From the NCBI GenBank assembly GCA_030765185.1, contig JAVCDE010000024.1, positions 187,538-251,537 of the forward strand: a DNA stretch of 64,000 nt, in the 5' to 3' direction. Positions 32,701 through 41,241 of the stretch are shown in pieces (within the stretch, counting starts at the first letter, position 1; each line of letters begins with the position of its first letter). The notes under the pieces are model-generated. The model saw nothing but the letters and a program-made list of their open reading frames with translations. It did no database searches and had not been told where the DNA came from. The DNA is from Candidatus Aceula meridiana (lineage in GTDB: Bacteria; Omnitrophota; Gorgyraeia; Zapsychrales; Aceulaceae). The position numbers and the translations under genes were made by a program.

Positions 32701-33046
32701 GGCGTTTATATACCTGGTTGGCAATACTATCTTTAAAAGGTTCATAAAAGGAAACCTTCTTTCCTTTCTTAACCTTTATAAATGTTCGAAATCCTTGTGC
32801 CGCAGTATAGCGATAGGCCTTATTCGCAGGCTGAAATTCCATAATCGCCTTATCTTTGCTTTCAATTCCAAAGCTTGAAATACACTGTCCGCGGTTCACA
32901 TAAAACACCCACATTGGAATTCCCCAAACTCCTGCAATGCCCGGAAAGAAATTCGTAAACGGTTTAGCCGTATTATAATTTTCGATAATAAATCGACTGT
33001 CGTTATCAAGATAATACTTTGGTGTTTTTACTTTTACTTTTGTCAT
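29771..33046 (-). CDS. Large glycoside phosphorylase, GH161/GH149-like (beta-1,3-glucan phosphorylase candidate)
   Basis: SQGNGNYRDVNQNRR, WTDHWTYNLDLIE, WYDALNGLPG and WLENQSIWLHMEYK recalled as GH149/GH161-type motifs; 1091 aa, no signal peptide. Confidence 0.65.
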   Translation of the reverse strand: MTKVKVKTPKYYLDNDSRFIIENYNTAKPFTNFFPGIAGVWGIPMWVFYVNRGQCISSFGIESKDKAIMEFQPANKAYRYTAAQGFRTFIKVKKGKKVSFYEPFKDSIANQVYKRHNKMAMTAHDLTIEETNETLGIVVRVNYATLPEEQYAALIRKVTVENISAANYQFEVLDGMPSIVPYGFNDRLLKDLSRTVEAWIQVSNLEKKAPYYNLKVIVSDKPYVENIDEGNFYFSFLNHKTKPKLLEPIVQPKCIFGQSKDFDYPKNFLAQENFKVPAKQKTNNKTPSAMSFAKFSLKKGEATTITSMVGHIHSKPQLNRIVRKSVLGEYVQKKMHRNEEIINELKNYVLTNSESRELNLYSMQTFVDNVLRGGLPISLKTDIGTSVLNVFSRKHGDPERDYNYFVLDPTFLSQGNGNYRDVNQNRRNDVWFNRDLKDGSIVDFLNLTQADGYNPLVVRGTAFYFRDSKKAEKLIKQYVQCEDVAFVRNLLKGDFFPGRVLKTIFEEDIHLKTPPDSFLMKILALCHERELADHGEGFWTDHWTYNLDLIESYLNVYPDQLRQLLLKKKVFSFYHNDHYVLPRRNRYILTERGPRQYHSVAKMPEEMLLHKKDDKLRMKKGKKSVYQTTLIAKLLCLVSNKAASLDPSGVGVEMEANKPNWYDALNGLPGLLGSSLSETLELKRFCLFLSDSLNTLGVDDNDSILLFEELAEFVRKLYDVLRDEPYSLSYWEKSNEIKERYRLSVLTGLTGKEKKISILEIKKFLSLVIKRTDKSVRLAKGKKGMATYFFHEITHYKKLNRISAQGLPFVAPLGFKRHNLPLFLEGFVHALRVEKDKKQAQEIYQKVRRSALFDKKLKMYRVNTDLSKETSEIGRARVFPAGWLENQSIWLHMEYKFLLETLRCGLYEEFHEDLSKTAVPFLNAEKYGRSILENSSFIVSSAHEDPHQHGRGYVARLSGSTAEFVHIWLLMNAGLRPFVVDAKGALALQFQPVLKGSFFTTQPTTIRYFNKNQKWQNINFLKDTYAFNFMGSTLVVYHNPKRRDTYKIKIKEIVLTYLKPKKKIKINAEVIPAPHANAVRDNQVERIDVFF

Positions 33047-33057
33047 TATTTCCCCTT

Positions 33058-33840
33058 TTAATACGGATGAACCGATTTTCTAAAAAGATTATAGTAACCA
33101 GATAATTTACCCCAAAGAATAATAGCAAACCTATCTTTATCACCAAACCGAATACGATTAAGCTCATAAAGATTGCGATTAAATCGATCATAACCACGAT
33201 TAGTAGTGCAGGCTGCCTTGTAGCCAACCTCACGAGCCAATTCTTGAACACGAGGGGTAAAGCCACCCGTTGGATAACATAAAAATAAAATTTTGTGATT
33301 TAATTTACTTTCAATAACTCTCTTACTCTTTTTAATCTCCCTTTCCTGGTCAACCTCAGAAAGCTCCGGCAAGTAGGATCCATTCAAAGTATGGCTTTGA
33401 ACCATAATACCAAAAGCCTCCATTTCCTGTGTCTGATCCCAAGTTAAAAATCCTTCTTTGCCAATATCCTCAGGAACAATAAAAATTGTCGCCGGAAAAC
33501 CATGCCGCTTTAAAATCGGAAACGCTTTATAATAATTATCCGCATACCCATCATCAAATGTAATAACAACGCTATTATGCGGCAATGCATTTTGGCTAGT
33601 ACTAGCATCAACAAGCTCTTTGAGAGAAATAACATTGTATTTCCATTTTTTTAAAAATGTCATTTGCGTGTCAAAGTTTACAACGCTTGTGCCGTTCAAA
33701 TGATCAACATTTTCCTCATCCTCTACGTTGTGGTACATCATAATCGGGACAACATATTTTCTAGAAAATTCAACTCTATATGTCCAGACAACAACAGCAA
33801 TTAAAAAAATAACAATAAGGATGCGTCCAAATTTTTTCAT
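33058..33840 (-). CDS. Membrane-anchored polysaccharide deacetylase (CE4)
   Basis: N-terminal TM, MYH, TFDDGY, SHT, YPTG. Confidence 0.88.
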   Translation of the reverse strand: MKKFGRILIVIFLIAVVVWTYRVEFSRKYVVPIMMYHNVEDEENVDHLNGTSVVNFDTQMTFLKKWKYNVISLKELVDASTSQNALPHNSVVITFDDGYADNYYKAFPILKRHGFPATIFIVPEDIGKEGFLTWDQTQEMEAFGIMVQSHTLNGSYLPELSEVDQEREIKKSKRVIESKLNHKILFLCYPTGGFTPRVQELAREVGYKAACTTNRGYDRFNRNLYELNRIRFGDKDRFAIILWGKLSGYYNLFRKSVHPY

Positions 33841-33866
33841 TTTATTTTACGTCCATTAATTTTATT

Positions 33867-34310
33867 TTAAGATAAAGCCTTGCGTACTAAATCAGAGACC
33901 ATTTTGTTATCTGCGCGGCCTTCAAGCTTGGGAACAGCGGCCTTCATGACCGCACCCATATCTTTCATGCTTGAGGCCCCAAGCTTTTTAACAGTTTCGT
34001 CAATAGCAGCTCTTACCTCATCTTCAGAAAGCTCTTTGGGTAGATAGGCTTTTAAAATCTCTAATTCTTGTCTTTCTTTGGCAGCCAGGTCTTCTCTGCC
34101 GCCTTTTTCAAACTGACTAATTGAGTCCTGGCGCTGCTTAACTTGCTTTTTAATAACCACGATGACATCTGTATCTTTAAGGTCTTCACCTTTTCGCTCA
34201 ATGCCAAGATTCTTAATCTGGGCTCTTAAAAAGCTTAACGTATCCCTCTTAAGCGTATTTTTATCTTTCATTGCCTGGATATAATCTTGAGAAATTTGAT
34301 TTTCTAGCAT
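33867..34310 (-). CDS. yqeY: GatB/YqeY domain protein
   Basis: AMK, KQRQDSI..F..GGREDL, YLP, KDMGAVM, GRAD. Confidence 0.92.
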   Translation of the reverse strand: MLENQISQDYIQAMKDKNTLKRDTLSFLRAQIKNLGIERKGEDLKDTDVIVVIKKQVKQRQDSISQFEKGGREDLAAKERQELEILKAYLPKELSEDEVRAAIDETVKKLGASSMKDMGAVMKAAVPKLEGRADNKMVSDLVRKALS

Positions 34311-34327
34311 TTTCTCTTACCCCTCGT

Positions 34328-34570
34328 TTAAAGTCCTTTTATATTAATTGTTTTATGGCGCGATTTCAAACCTTTTATAATTGTAATATCAGCCTTTCGC
34401 ACATTATAATGCTTTGCCAAGAACTGAATTAAAGCCTTATTAGCTTTTCCATCAACAGCCGGTGCTGTTAAATAAACTTTACCCCCACCGAGCTCCTCTT
34501 CAAACAAGTCAGCGTCTTCTTTAAATAAATTACGTTTTGCCCCAGGGATAACTTTAAGTATTATTTTCAT
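34328..34570 (-). CDS. yggU: DUF167 / YggU family protein
   Basis: KVIPGA, APAVDGKAN, GLKSRHK. Confidence 0.88.
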   Translation of the reverse strand: MKIILKVIPGAKRNLFKEDADLFEEELGGGKVYLTAPAVDGKANKALIQFLAKHYNVRKADITIIKGLKSRHKTINIKGL

Positions 34571-34703
34571 ACAAATATCTACAGCCTCTCAGGGCACTTC
34601 TCAGATTTCCTCTCTAGGGGGTCATCCTAAATCCCGAAGGGCTCAAGATTATTCTAGATCCTTTTAGCTTTTTATATATTTATTACTAAAAATATCAACC
34701 CTA

Positions 34704-34732
34704 ATTCTACACGAAGAAAGGCAACGGCTCAA
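34704..34732 (-). promoter_or_regulatory. Putative sigma70 promoter upstream of yggU
   Basis: TTGAGC-17 nt-TAGAAT. Confidence 0.4.
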
Positions 34733-35502
34733 GATAAAACCATTAATCCTCCGTAGCGGTCGAGCCAGCTCTCGCAAGAAGAATAATCCGGGCAAACTTT
34801 CTTAATCTTTTGCCAAAAACGCTTCGAATGGTTTGGAACCTTAAGATGCGTTAGTTCGTGAATAATAATATAATCAATAACCGCTTGAGGTGCCATAACC
34901 ATTTTCCAATTTAGATGAACGCTTTGACTATGATAATGGCAACTTCCCCAAATTTTCTTCTGGCTGCGAACAGTGACCTTTGAAGGATCCACCCCTAAAA
35001 ACCGTGCTAAAGGAAAAATGCGTCCCGCCAAAATTTCTTTCGCTTGTTTTCGGTACCAGACGATTAAAGCTTTTTGTACAGAAGGCTCCACCGCATGCGC
35101 AGGCATATCAAAAGGAATGCCGACTTCCAAATATTTATCTGTTAAACTAATTTTCAGACGCTTACCATCTGAAGGCGCATAACGCAGACTGTATCTCTCA
35201 CCTAAAAATAAAAATTCAGCTCCATTGCGGTAGGATCTTTTTCCCCTAGTAAAAAAACGCTTTTCAAATCCCTTAATTTTATCAAAAATCCACCTTGCTT
35301 TTTGCCGGATAAAATCTGCAATCTCCTTTTCTCGGAGAGACTTCGGTGCAAAAACTTTAACTTTAAGGTCTTGATCAATCTCAATTGCAATGGTAAACCG
35401 ACGGGCAGAACGAATAAGAAGATAGGAAATCTCCCCAAGCGGAGTTGTAATCTCGCGCGACGTAATTTCTCGCGGTGTTTTATTCAAAAAACGATACGTC
35501 AA
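34729..35502 (-). CDS. YgjP/DUF45 (M48-like) metallohydrolase
   Basis: WGSC, LNW, DYIIIHELTH...NHSKRFW. Confidence 0.88.
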   Translation of the reverse strand: MTYRFLNKTPREITSREITTPLGEISYLLIRSARRFTIAIEIDQDLKVKVFAPKSLREKEIADFIRQKARWIFDKIKGFEKRFFTRGKRSYRNGAEFLFLGERYSLRYAPSDGKRLKISLTDKYLEVGIPFDMPAHAVEPSVQKALIVWYRKQAKEILAGRIFPLARFLGVDPSKVTVRSQKKIWGSCHYHSQSVHLNWKMVMAPQAVIDYIIIHELTHLKVPNHSKRFWQKIKKVCPDYSSCESWLDRYGGLMVLS

Positions 35503-36634
35503 TGTTAACTTTTGGCCCTACGTTAGGAGCTGCTGATGCACTATTAACTGACTCGCCATCTCGAATAATATATCCTCGGTTACCCTGGGCTAACTCAATC
35601 TGATCTTTTTGTCGTTGAACTTCTCGACGGGCTGAGGCGGCTTGGCGTTTAAGCTCATGGATGCGCTGTTTGGCAAGTCCGATTCCTTTTTTATGGTCAA
35701 AAATACGAGCCATTAAAGTTGAGTATTTTAAGTCCGTCATTTTTAATTGGGCATCGTCAACACGTGACTGATAAGCAGCTGAATTATTTCTCCAGACTTC
35801 TGGATCCTGAGAGATAGCAGCATTCATCTCTGTCTTAAGGGCTGCTAATTCCTGGCGTAAAATATCACGCTCTTTTAAAAGCGATACCGCTTGCTCATTT
35901 AAATTTGCTGTTTGCGCCTTAGAAAGTTCAATTTTTAGGCCACTAATTTCTTCTTGAGTTTGTTGGTTTTCTACCTGGGTCCTGGCAAGTAAGCTTTCAG
36001 TCTGCGCCAGAATAACACGGGTCGCGTTGTACTCGTTATTTAGCTCTGTCAAAACCTCTGCCTGGATTGTATATTGTTCCCTCGAAAAACGCAAAAGCCC
36101 TGCCTGGTTTGTCGCTGCACCCATCATCAAATGGTTTGATTTCTCAATAGTACGATGAACGCCTACTTGCTGACGCAATACAATAAATCCTAAAACGACT
36201 AAAATAAGAAAAAGCGCAATATTAACGATGTCTTTAAAATTATCCATGCGCTGAATGCTGACAATACGGCTTTGAACTCTTGTCTTTAGGCCCGTCAAAT
36301 CCTCTGCGGATGGATTAACAAATTCAATCCCACAAAGCAGGCTATGATTAAAAAATCCCTTTTCCTTTGACCAAACAACGCGCCCTTGCGATGGTAAAAA
36401 ATTATCTTTACTCTCTCTTTCCAGTCGAAGGCCTAAAACAGTCCCATTGCCAATAGGCCTTAAGGCTTTTGCCTCAAGCAGAGCCCCGGTTGAACTGATA
36501 TCTTTAATTCTTCCCGAGCCAAAAAAAGTGCTAATCTCAGACGACAGATTAACAGCCAGGTTTTCTCTGATACGAAACTTCCTTCGCCCTTCCTGATAAA
36601 GCTTCGCTGGAAAACCAAACATATTTCTTTTCAT
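35480..36634 (-). CDS. PilZ domain - TM - long coiled-coil protein
   Basis: RRKFR (RxxxR) and DISSTG (DxSxxG), one TM helix (IVNIALFLILVVLGFIVL), then heptad-rich helix. Confidence 0.75.
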   Translation of the reverse strand: MKRNMFGFPAKLYQEGRRKFRIRENLAVNLSSEISTFFGSGRIKDISSTGALLEAKALRPIGNGTVLGLRLERESKDNFLPSQGRVVWSKEKGFFNHSLLCGIEFVNPSAEDLTGLKTRVQSRIVSIQRMDNFKDIVNIALFLILVVLGFIVLRQQVGVHRTIEKSNHLMMGAATNQAGLLRFSREQYTIQAEVLTELNNEYNATRVILAQTESLLARTQVENQQTQEEISGLKIELSKAQTANLNEQAVSLLKERDILRQELAALKTEMNAAISQDPEVWRNNSAAYQSRVDDAQLKMTDLKYSTLMARIFDHKKGIGLAKQRIHELKRQAASARREVQRQKDQIELAQGNRGYIIRDGESVNSASAAPNVGPKVNIDVSFFE

Positions 36635-36793
36635 AATGCCTCCTAAAATTTAGGCACAAAAAAAACCCCACAAAAAGGGCTTTCTTCTATGATAAAATTA
36701 ATAAATTTATTTTTGTCATTTATATACATATAAGGATTAATATTATAAAAATATTATAGCGCAGAAATCAGCTTATCACAATAGAATTTTCTT

Positions 36794-36955
36794 CTACCAG
36801 CGAACAGTATAGCCGTCCTTTTTGCGCGCCTCATCAATCTCCCTTTGGCGCTGCTGGTACTTTTCCTGCAGATTATAATCTTTCTGAGTGTAATTGCACC
36901 CGAAAATACTTAAACTTGCGGTAATAAAAATGCAGTATACAAAAATTTTCCTCAA
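36794..36955 (-). CDS. Small lipoprotein (53 aa)
   Basis: TTG start at 36955 overlaps the upstream TGA (TTGA), AAGGAG RBS at 36964-36969; LRKIFVYCIFITASLSIFG-C lipobox. Confidence 0.65.
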   Translation of the reverse strand: MRKIFVYCIFITASLSIFGCNYTQKDYNLQEKYQQRQREIDEARKKDGYTVRW

Positions 36956-37746
36956 AACAAAAACTCCTTTTGCTCCTCGGCCTTTGCTGTCGCTGGCTCC
37001 AAAGCACTTTGAGCGGCCGCCCGATATTGACAATGTTCACAATTATCTGCCGAATCCGGAATATCATCATTCATTAAACATGCATGGGCTTGATCAATAA
37101 AATCGTCAACCCAAGCATCGCTACCCTTGTAAGGAATGATTTCAACATCAAAATCTAAGTGATCTTCAAAACCCGCCCTATCTCTTCCTGCATTGCAATA
37201 AACAAAATATCCGGTATCGGAGATATCAAATTCATTGCGGCGCAAAAGCCATTGGTAAATTTCCATCTGACGCTTATACGCCTCTTTCCACCGACCATCA
37301 AGAGTAATCGGTCCTTTGGTACTCGTTGCCTTATAATCAACAACATAAAGCTTTTTATCCTTGGCAATCCAAAGATCATCAATAGCACCAAAAATAATTA
37401 AATTGTGTTTTGTATCGTAGGCTTGAACTCCTACAAAATTTTCTCTCCAAGTATCTAGTCTCGAATGGGCAAACGGAATCGCATCGACATGATATTTTTC
37501 CATCAAAGGGTGTGGCTCTCTACGAGCACGATAAACATCAAACTCTTTTTTTAATAATGCATCTACGGCGCTATTTAAAGTAAATGCCGGCATACTAGGC
37601 TTATCAACACCTAAGCGCCTATCTAAATAGAAACAACGCGGGCATTGAGAAAACATTTCTAAACGACTACGGCTTAATTTGAAAGGTGTTTTTGATTTAG
37701 GATTAAAAAGATTGCGCGTGCGTTTATACGAATTATTTCTCATCAT
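36952..37746 (-). CDS. PD-(D/E)XK nuclease, AddB/Cas4-like, stand-alone
   Basis: LSRS..CPRC at the N-terminus, GAIDD...VDYK...QMEIY core, CEHC at the C-terminus. Confidence 0.82.
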   Translation of the reverse strand: MMRNNSYKRTRNLFNPKSKTPFKLSRSRLEMFSQCPRCFYLDRRLGVDKPSMPAFTLNSAVDALLKKEFDVYRARREPHPLMEKYHVDAIPFAHSRLDTWRENFVGVQAYDTKHNLIIFGAIDDLWIAKDKKLYVVDYKATSTKGPITLDGRWKEAYKRQMEIYQWLLRRNEFDISDTGYFVYCNAGRDRAGFEDHLDFDVEIIPYKGSDAWVDDFIDQAHACLMNDDIPDSADNCEHCQYRAAAQSALEPATAKAEEQKEFLF

Positions 37747-39635
37747 TTAAAAATTGTGTCTAGGATGTCTGTAATTAGCTTCTCTTCAGGCGCTGGCTCT
37801 TTACTTTTCTCGCCGCCTGTTGGTGCAGAACCCTCTCCCCTTGCCTGCGGCTCATCTTCCTCGTCGTTGCCTAAAGCTTTCTTAAGAAGTTTTTGAAGTT
37901 CCTGCTTCCCTCGCTTTTTCAAGAATTGCTGTCCGATATAAGATAAATCCGGCATGTATCTTAGTCCATCAGGAATTTGCCCGCTAATATTAACCGGAAT
38001 CATAATTTGCCCAGTGTCATCAACCAAGAAATTTAAATCTTTAACCGTCTCAGCCATGGCTTTTGATAAATCTCTTGGAATCAAAAGCCTCGCCTGCATC
38101 TTGCAATTTAAATCAAAATCAAAAACACCTTGACCTTTAAGCACAAAAGCATCGCTCTCAACCAATGCTTCATCGAGATAAATATTATTATCTTGAATAT
38201 GCAATTTAACACGGACGTCATTAAGGGGCGTATCTTTATCTTGAAGTTTTTCTTTGTACTTTGGAGGCAAATTTTCCTCAAGCTTTTCCGCTAAAGAGGG
38301 AATTGCGTCAATCTGGCTTAAGATAAGTTTTAGGACATTAATGTCGGTAAGCTTCCCATCTTTAATCGTTAACTGATTTGTCCCAGCCTGAGGACGAAGA
38401 GAAACTAAAGAAACTAAACCCTTGCCATTAATTTGCGCATCAGCTGAAACAAGTCCCTCGAGCTTAACGTCTTGGCCTTGCTGATTAATCACTTTTGCAA
38501 TATCAATCTTATCGATATTAAGATTAAACTTATAATCTTGAGCCTTTGTGTAATCCCGAATAGAACCTTCAAAGAAAACTTTTCCATCTCCTAAGGAAAA
38601 CCCAGCTTTATCCACCTGGACATTACCGTCTTCAACCTCAAGTGCTGCATTAATATTCTCTAAAGGAACTTTTAATTTCTCGACATGTGCTGTTGCGTCT
38701 TTAATGCCGGCATCCATAGTTAAATCCGAAATTCCTTTTGCTCCAATTTCAGCTACGCGGATATTTGCGGTCAATCTACCTTGAAGCGGATCTTTGAGCC
38801 CAACAGCCTCTAAGGCCGGAGATATTTGTTCAAATTCTTTAGCGGAAAGTTTTGACAAGTCGAAGTCAATCTTGACGTCGCGAAGATACAGCAAAAGATT
38901 GGCTAGGTCAATTTTGGTTTTTCCAGAAAGAGAAAAATTTTCCTCATCCCCAAAAATAGCGGCTTTCGCCGAGAAAGAAAACGGTTTAACTAAAGAAAAA
39001 TCATTAATACTAAGACTTAAATTCTCAACTTTGGCCCCGGATCCAACCTGCTCTGTTTTGTCGCTAAAGCTCACAGAGGCATTGCTGACCTCAAAATCAC
39101 GAATCAACAAAGATGACAAAGCGGCTAAAACATTCGCTGGGATAGAATTGTCCTGCGTTGGCTTTGGGGCACTCTTTTTTGCTTCAAAAACATCCTGCGC
39201 TGCTTTGTCCTCTTTTAAAAAATCAAAAGATAAAATATTTAAAAATCCTTGGGTATCCCGAACAATGTAAATTTTGGGTGAGTCCAAAGAAATCTCAGAA
39301 ACAAGAACTTCTCTTTTTTTCAAAAATGGTAAGATTCCGACTCCCAATCGCACGGCCTCAACACTAAAAAGATTTTGATTAGAAAACTGCAAACTATCGG
39401 AGATCTCAAAACCTTCAAGCGAAAGATCAATACCGTCTTTGAAAGAAAAATTAAGTGCAATGTCTTTTAATCTAACATCCCGCCCCAAAACAGTCTCAAG
39501 TTTCTCTATAATCTGCGGCTTTAGCGTATTTGCATCAAAATTCTTAACTAAAAAGAATACTCCGCCACCTATTAAAAGGGCTACTAAAGAAACCAAAATA
39601 ACAAATACAATCAAAATAATTTTTAAAACTTTCAT
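37743..39635 (-). CDS. AsmA-family envelope protein
   Basis: N-terminal TM, chorein-N-like start (KPQIIEKLETVLGRDV), repeating beta-groove pattern, IPVNISG near the C-terminus. Confidence 0.8.
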   Translation of the reverse strand: MKVLKIILIVFVILVSLVALLIGGGVFFLVKNFDANTLKPQIIEKLETVLGRDVRLKDIALNFSFKDGIDLSLEGFEISDSLQFSNQNLFSVEAVRLGVGILPFLKKREVLVSEISLDSPKIYIVRDTQGFLNILSFDFLKEDKAAQDVFEAKKSAPKPTQDNSIPANVLAALSSLLIRDFEVSNASVSFSDKTEQVGSGAKVENLSLSINDFSLVKPFSFSAKAAIFGDEENFSLSGKTKIDLANLLLYLRDVKIDFDLSKLSAKEFEQISPALEAVGLKDPLQGRLTANIRVAEIGAKGISDLTMDAGIKDATAHVEKLKVPLENINAALEVEDGNVQVDKAGFSLGDGKVFFEGSIRDYTKAQDYKFNLNIDKIDIAKVINQQGQDVKLEGLVSADAQINGKGLVSLVSLRPQAGTNQLTIKDGKLTDINVLKLILSQIDAIPSLAEKLEENLPPKYKEKLQDKDTPLNDVRVKLHIQDNNIYLDEALVESDAFVLKGQGVFDFDLNCKMQARLLIPRDLSKAMAETVKDLNFLVDDTGQIMIPVNISGQIPDGLRYMPDLSYIGQQFLKKRGKQELQKLLKKALGNDEEDEPQARGEGSAPTGGEKSKEPAPEEKLITDILDTIFK

Positions 39636-39667
39636 TTATTATCCTTCGTTTAATTCGCGCTAAAAGG

Positions 39668-41155
39668 TTAAAAATCTTTTTCGGAAAAAACTTGTGCTGT
39701 AAAAACTTCTAGGGTGACCGAGGGGTCCTTCCACGCATCTGCAGGCAAACCTGCTTTCTGAGTGCACAAAACAGATAAAAATTGTTCTTTAGTCCACCCC
39801 TGCTCAGTTCCGACTTGCGGCAAGAATAACCCTTTATGAAACAAGCCCTTGCTAACAATAACACCGTGTGTACCAATAACAATCTCATCAGCGCTGTTGA
39901 CTTTCCAAGGCTTGGACAAAACCGAAATCTCAATTTCTAAATCTTTTAATTCACTTGTCCCAACCGGGCTAAAACGCGGATCTTGAGTTGATGAGGCGAT
40001 TGCCATGTCACGTATAGTTTTATAAAGCGGCCCGCGCCCTAAAATATTTCCGATGCACCCCCGTAAATTCCCATTCTTATAAATCGTAACAAATGCCCCC
40101 TCTTCTAGGTTAAGCCGAGGATCTGCTTCTTTAAAATCTAATTTCTTTCCGGTTTTAATATACGTTGTCATGGTTTCCTTGGCTATCTCTAAAAGGCGTT
40201 TTTTCTGCGCGTCATTTAGGACAACGGTCTTATCTTTTAAAATCTTTTTTTCATTCTTTTTTTCATCCGGATAAAAAACTGCAGAAAAATATCCCACCAC
40301 AGCGCTCTTGTCTCCAGTAACATCACCGGAGTCTGCATATTTCAAAATCTTTGAGACAAGGCCCCTCTTTTTGGCATACAAAAGTGCTGTTGCTACAGGT
40401 CCAAATCCGCACAATTCAACTTTTTTCTGTTGACACCCTTGCCAAAGGGCTTCAGCTTCCAAATTTTGAACCAGCGCCATAGCCATCTTGTCCATTTTGC
40501 CAGCGGTTGTCGCATCATGATAATGTGACATGTCTGTGCTAATCACGATAAGCACATCATCACGATTACCGATAGCTCCATCCAAAGCCAATGCCAATTC
40601 TTGGCATGTTTTAAAATTCGGCCTGCCCATTAAAATTGGGACAATCTTAAAATCTTTAAATGTTTTTTGTATAAAAGGAATTTGAACTTCCAAGGCATGT
40701 TCACGAGAAAAAGCCTCTTTAATAAATTTAAAATTTGCATCTCTTGCACTAATATTGTCAGTAAAGTCCTGATCCACTTCAACTGAACCTAAAGGTGTTT
40801 CAAAGCTGCCTTCCGGCCAAATTGAAGCACCATCAAACCCTACGAAATGACTCGGAGCAATAACAACAATGGTTTTATATTCTCCTTTGCTTGCAGCTTT
40901 ATAGCCATAGGCGGCCACGCCGCCGGAATAAACATACCCGGCATGTGGAGCAATTAGAACTTCAACGTGTTCGGCAAGCGGAGAAATATCTGCCTTGTTT
41001 AAAAAATTGTCAATATTTTGAGAAAGTTTTTTGGGATTGGAAGAATAGAATTGCCCGCTAACGTTGGGGCGTTTGATATTATCTTGAGTAAAACCCTTAG
41101 CGCACATAAGAAATAAAAGGATAAAAAGAGTGGTTTGAATGAAAAAACGTTTCAC
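39668..41155 (-). CDS. MEMO1 (AmrB) - AMMECR1 (AmrA) fusion with N-terminal signal peptide
   Basis: PHAGYVYSG, EHALEVQ, STDMSHY, LCG, VVGY, then LRGCIG, DPRF, LFLPQV, KAGL. Probable GTG start at 41155. Confidence 0.85.
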   Translation of the reverse strand: MKRFFIQTTLFILLFLMCAKGFTQDNIKRPNVSGQFYSSNPKKLSQNIDNFLNKADISPLAEHVEVLIAPHAGYVYSGGVAAYGYKAASKGEYKTIVVIAPSHFVGFDGASIWPEGSFETPLGSVEVDQDFTDNISARDANFKFIKEAFSREHALEVQIPFIQKTFKDFKIVPILMGRPNFKTCQELALALDGAIGNRDDVLIVISTDMSHYHDATTAGKMDKMAMALVQNLEAEALWQGCQQKKVELCGFGPVATALLYAKKRGLVSKILKYADSGDVTGDKSAVVGYFSAVFYPDEKKNEKKILKDKTVVLNDAQKKRLLEIAKETMTTYIKTGKKLDFKEADPRLNLEEGAFVTIYKNGNLRGCIGNILGRGPLYKTIRDMAIASSTQDPRFSPVGTSELKDLEIEISVLSKPWKVNSADEIVIGTHGVIVSKGLFHKGLFLPQVGTEQGWTKEQFLSVLCTQKAGLPADAWKDPSVTLEVFTAQVFSEKDF

Positions 41156-41241
41156 AAAAATATTTTTATAAATATTATTAATAAATAAAAAAATGAACGA
41201 CTTTATTATAGCAAAAAAGAAAAATAACAAGGAGAGTTTTT

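Noticed and set aside
34575-34610. CUGAGA motifs as a TPP riboswitch
   Set aside because: The remaining TPP core (ACCUGA...AAU...GCGUAGG) is missing and no thiamine gene follows.
36952-37746. Cas4-like nuclease as a sign of CRISPR-Cas
   Set aside because: No repeat-spacer array or other cas gene is visible in the window.
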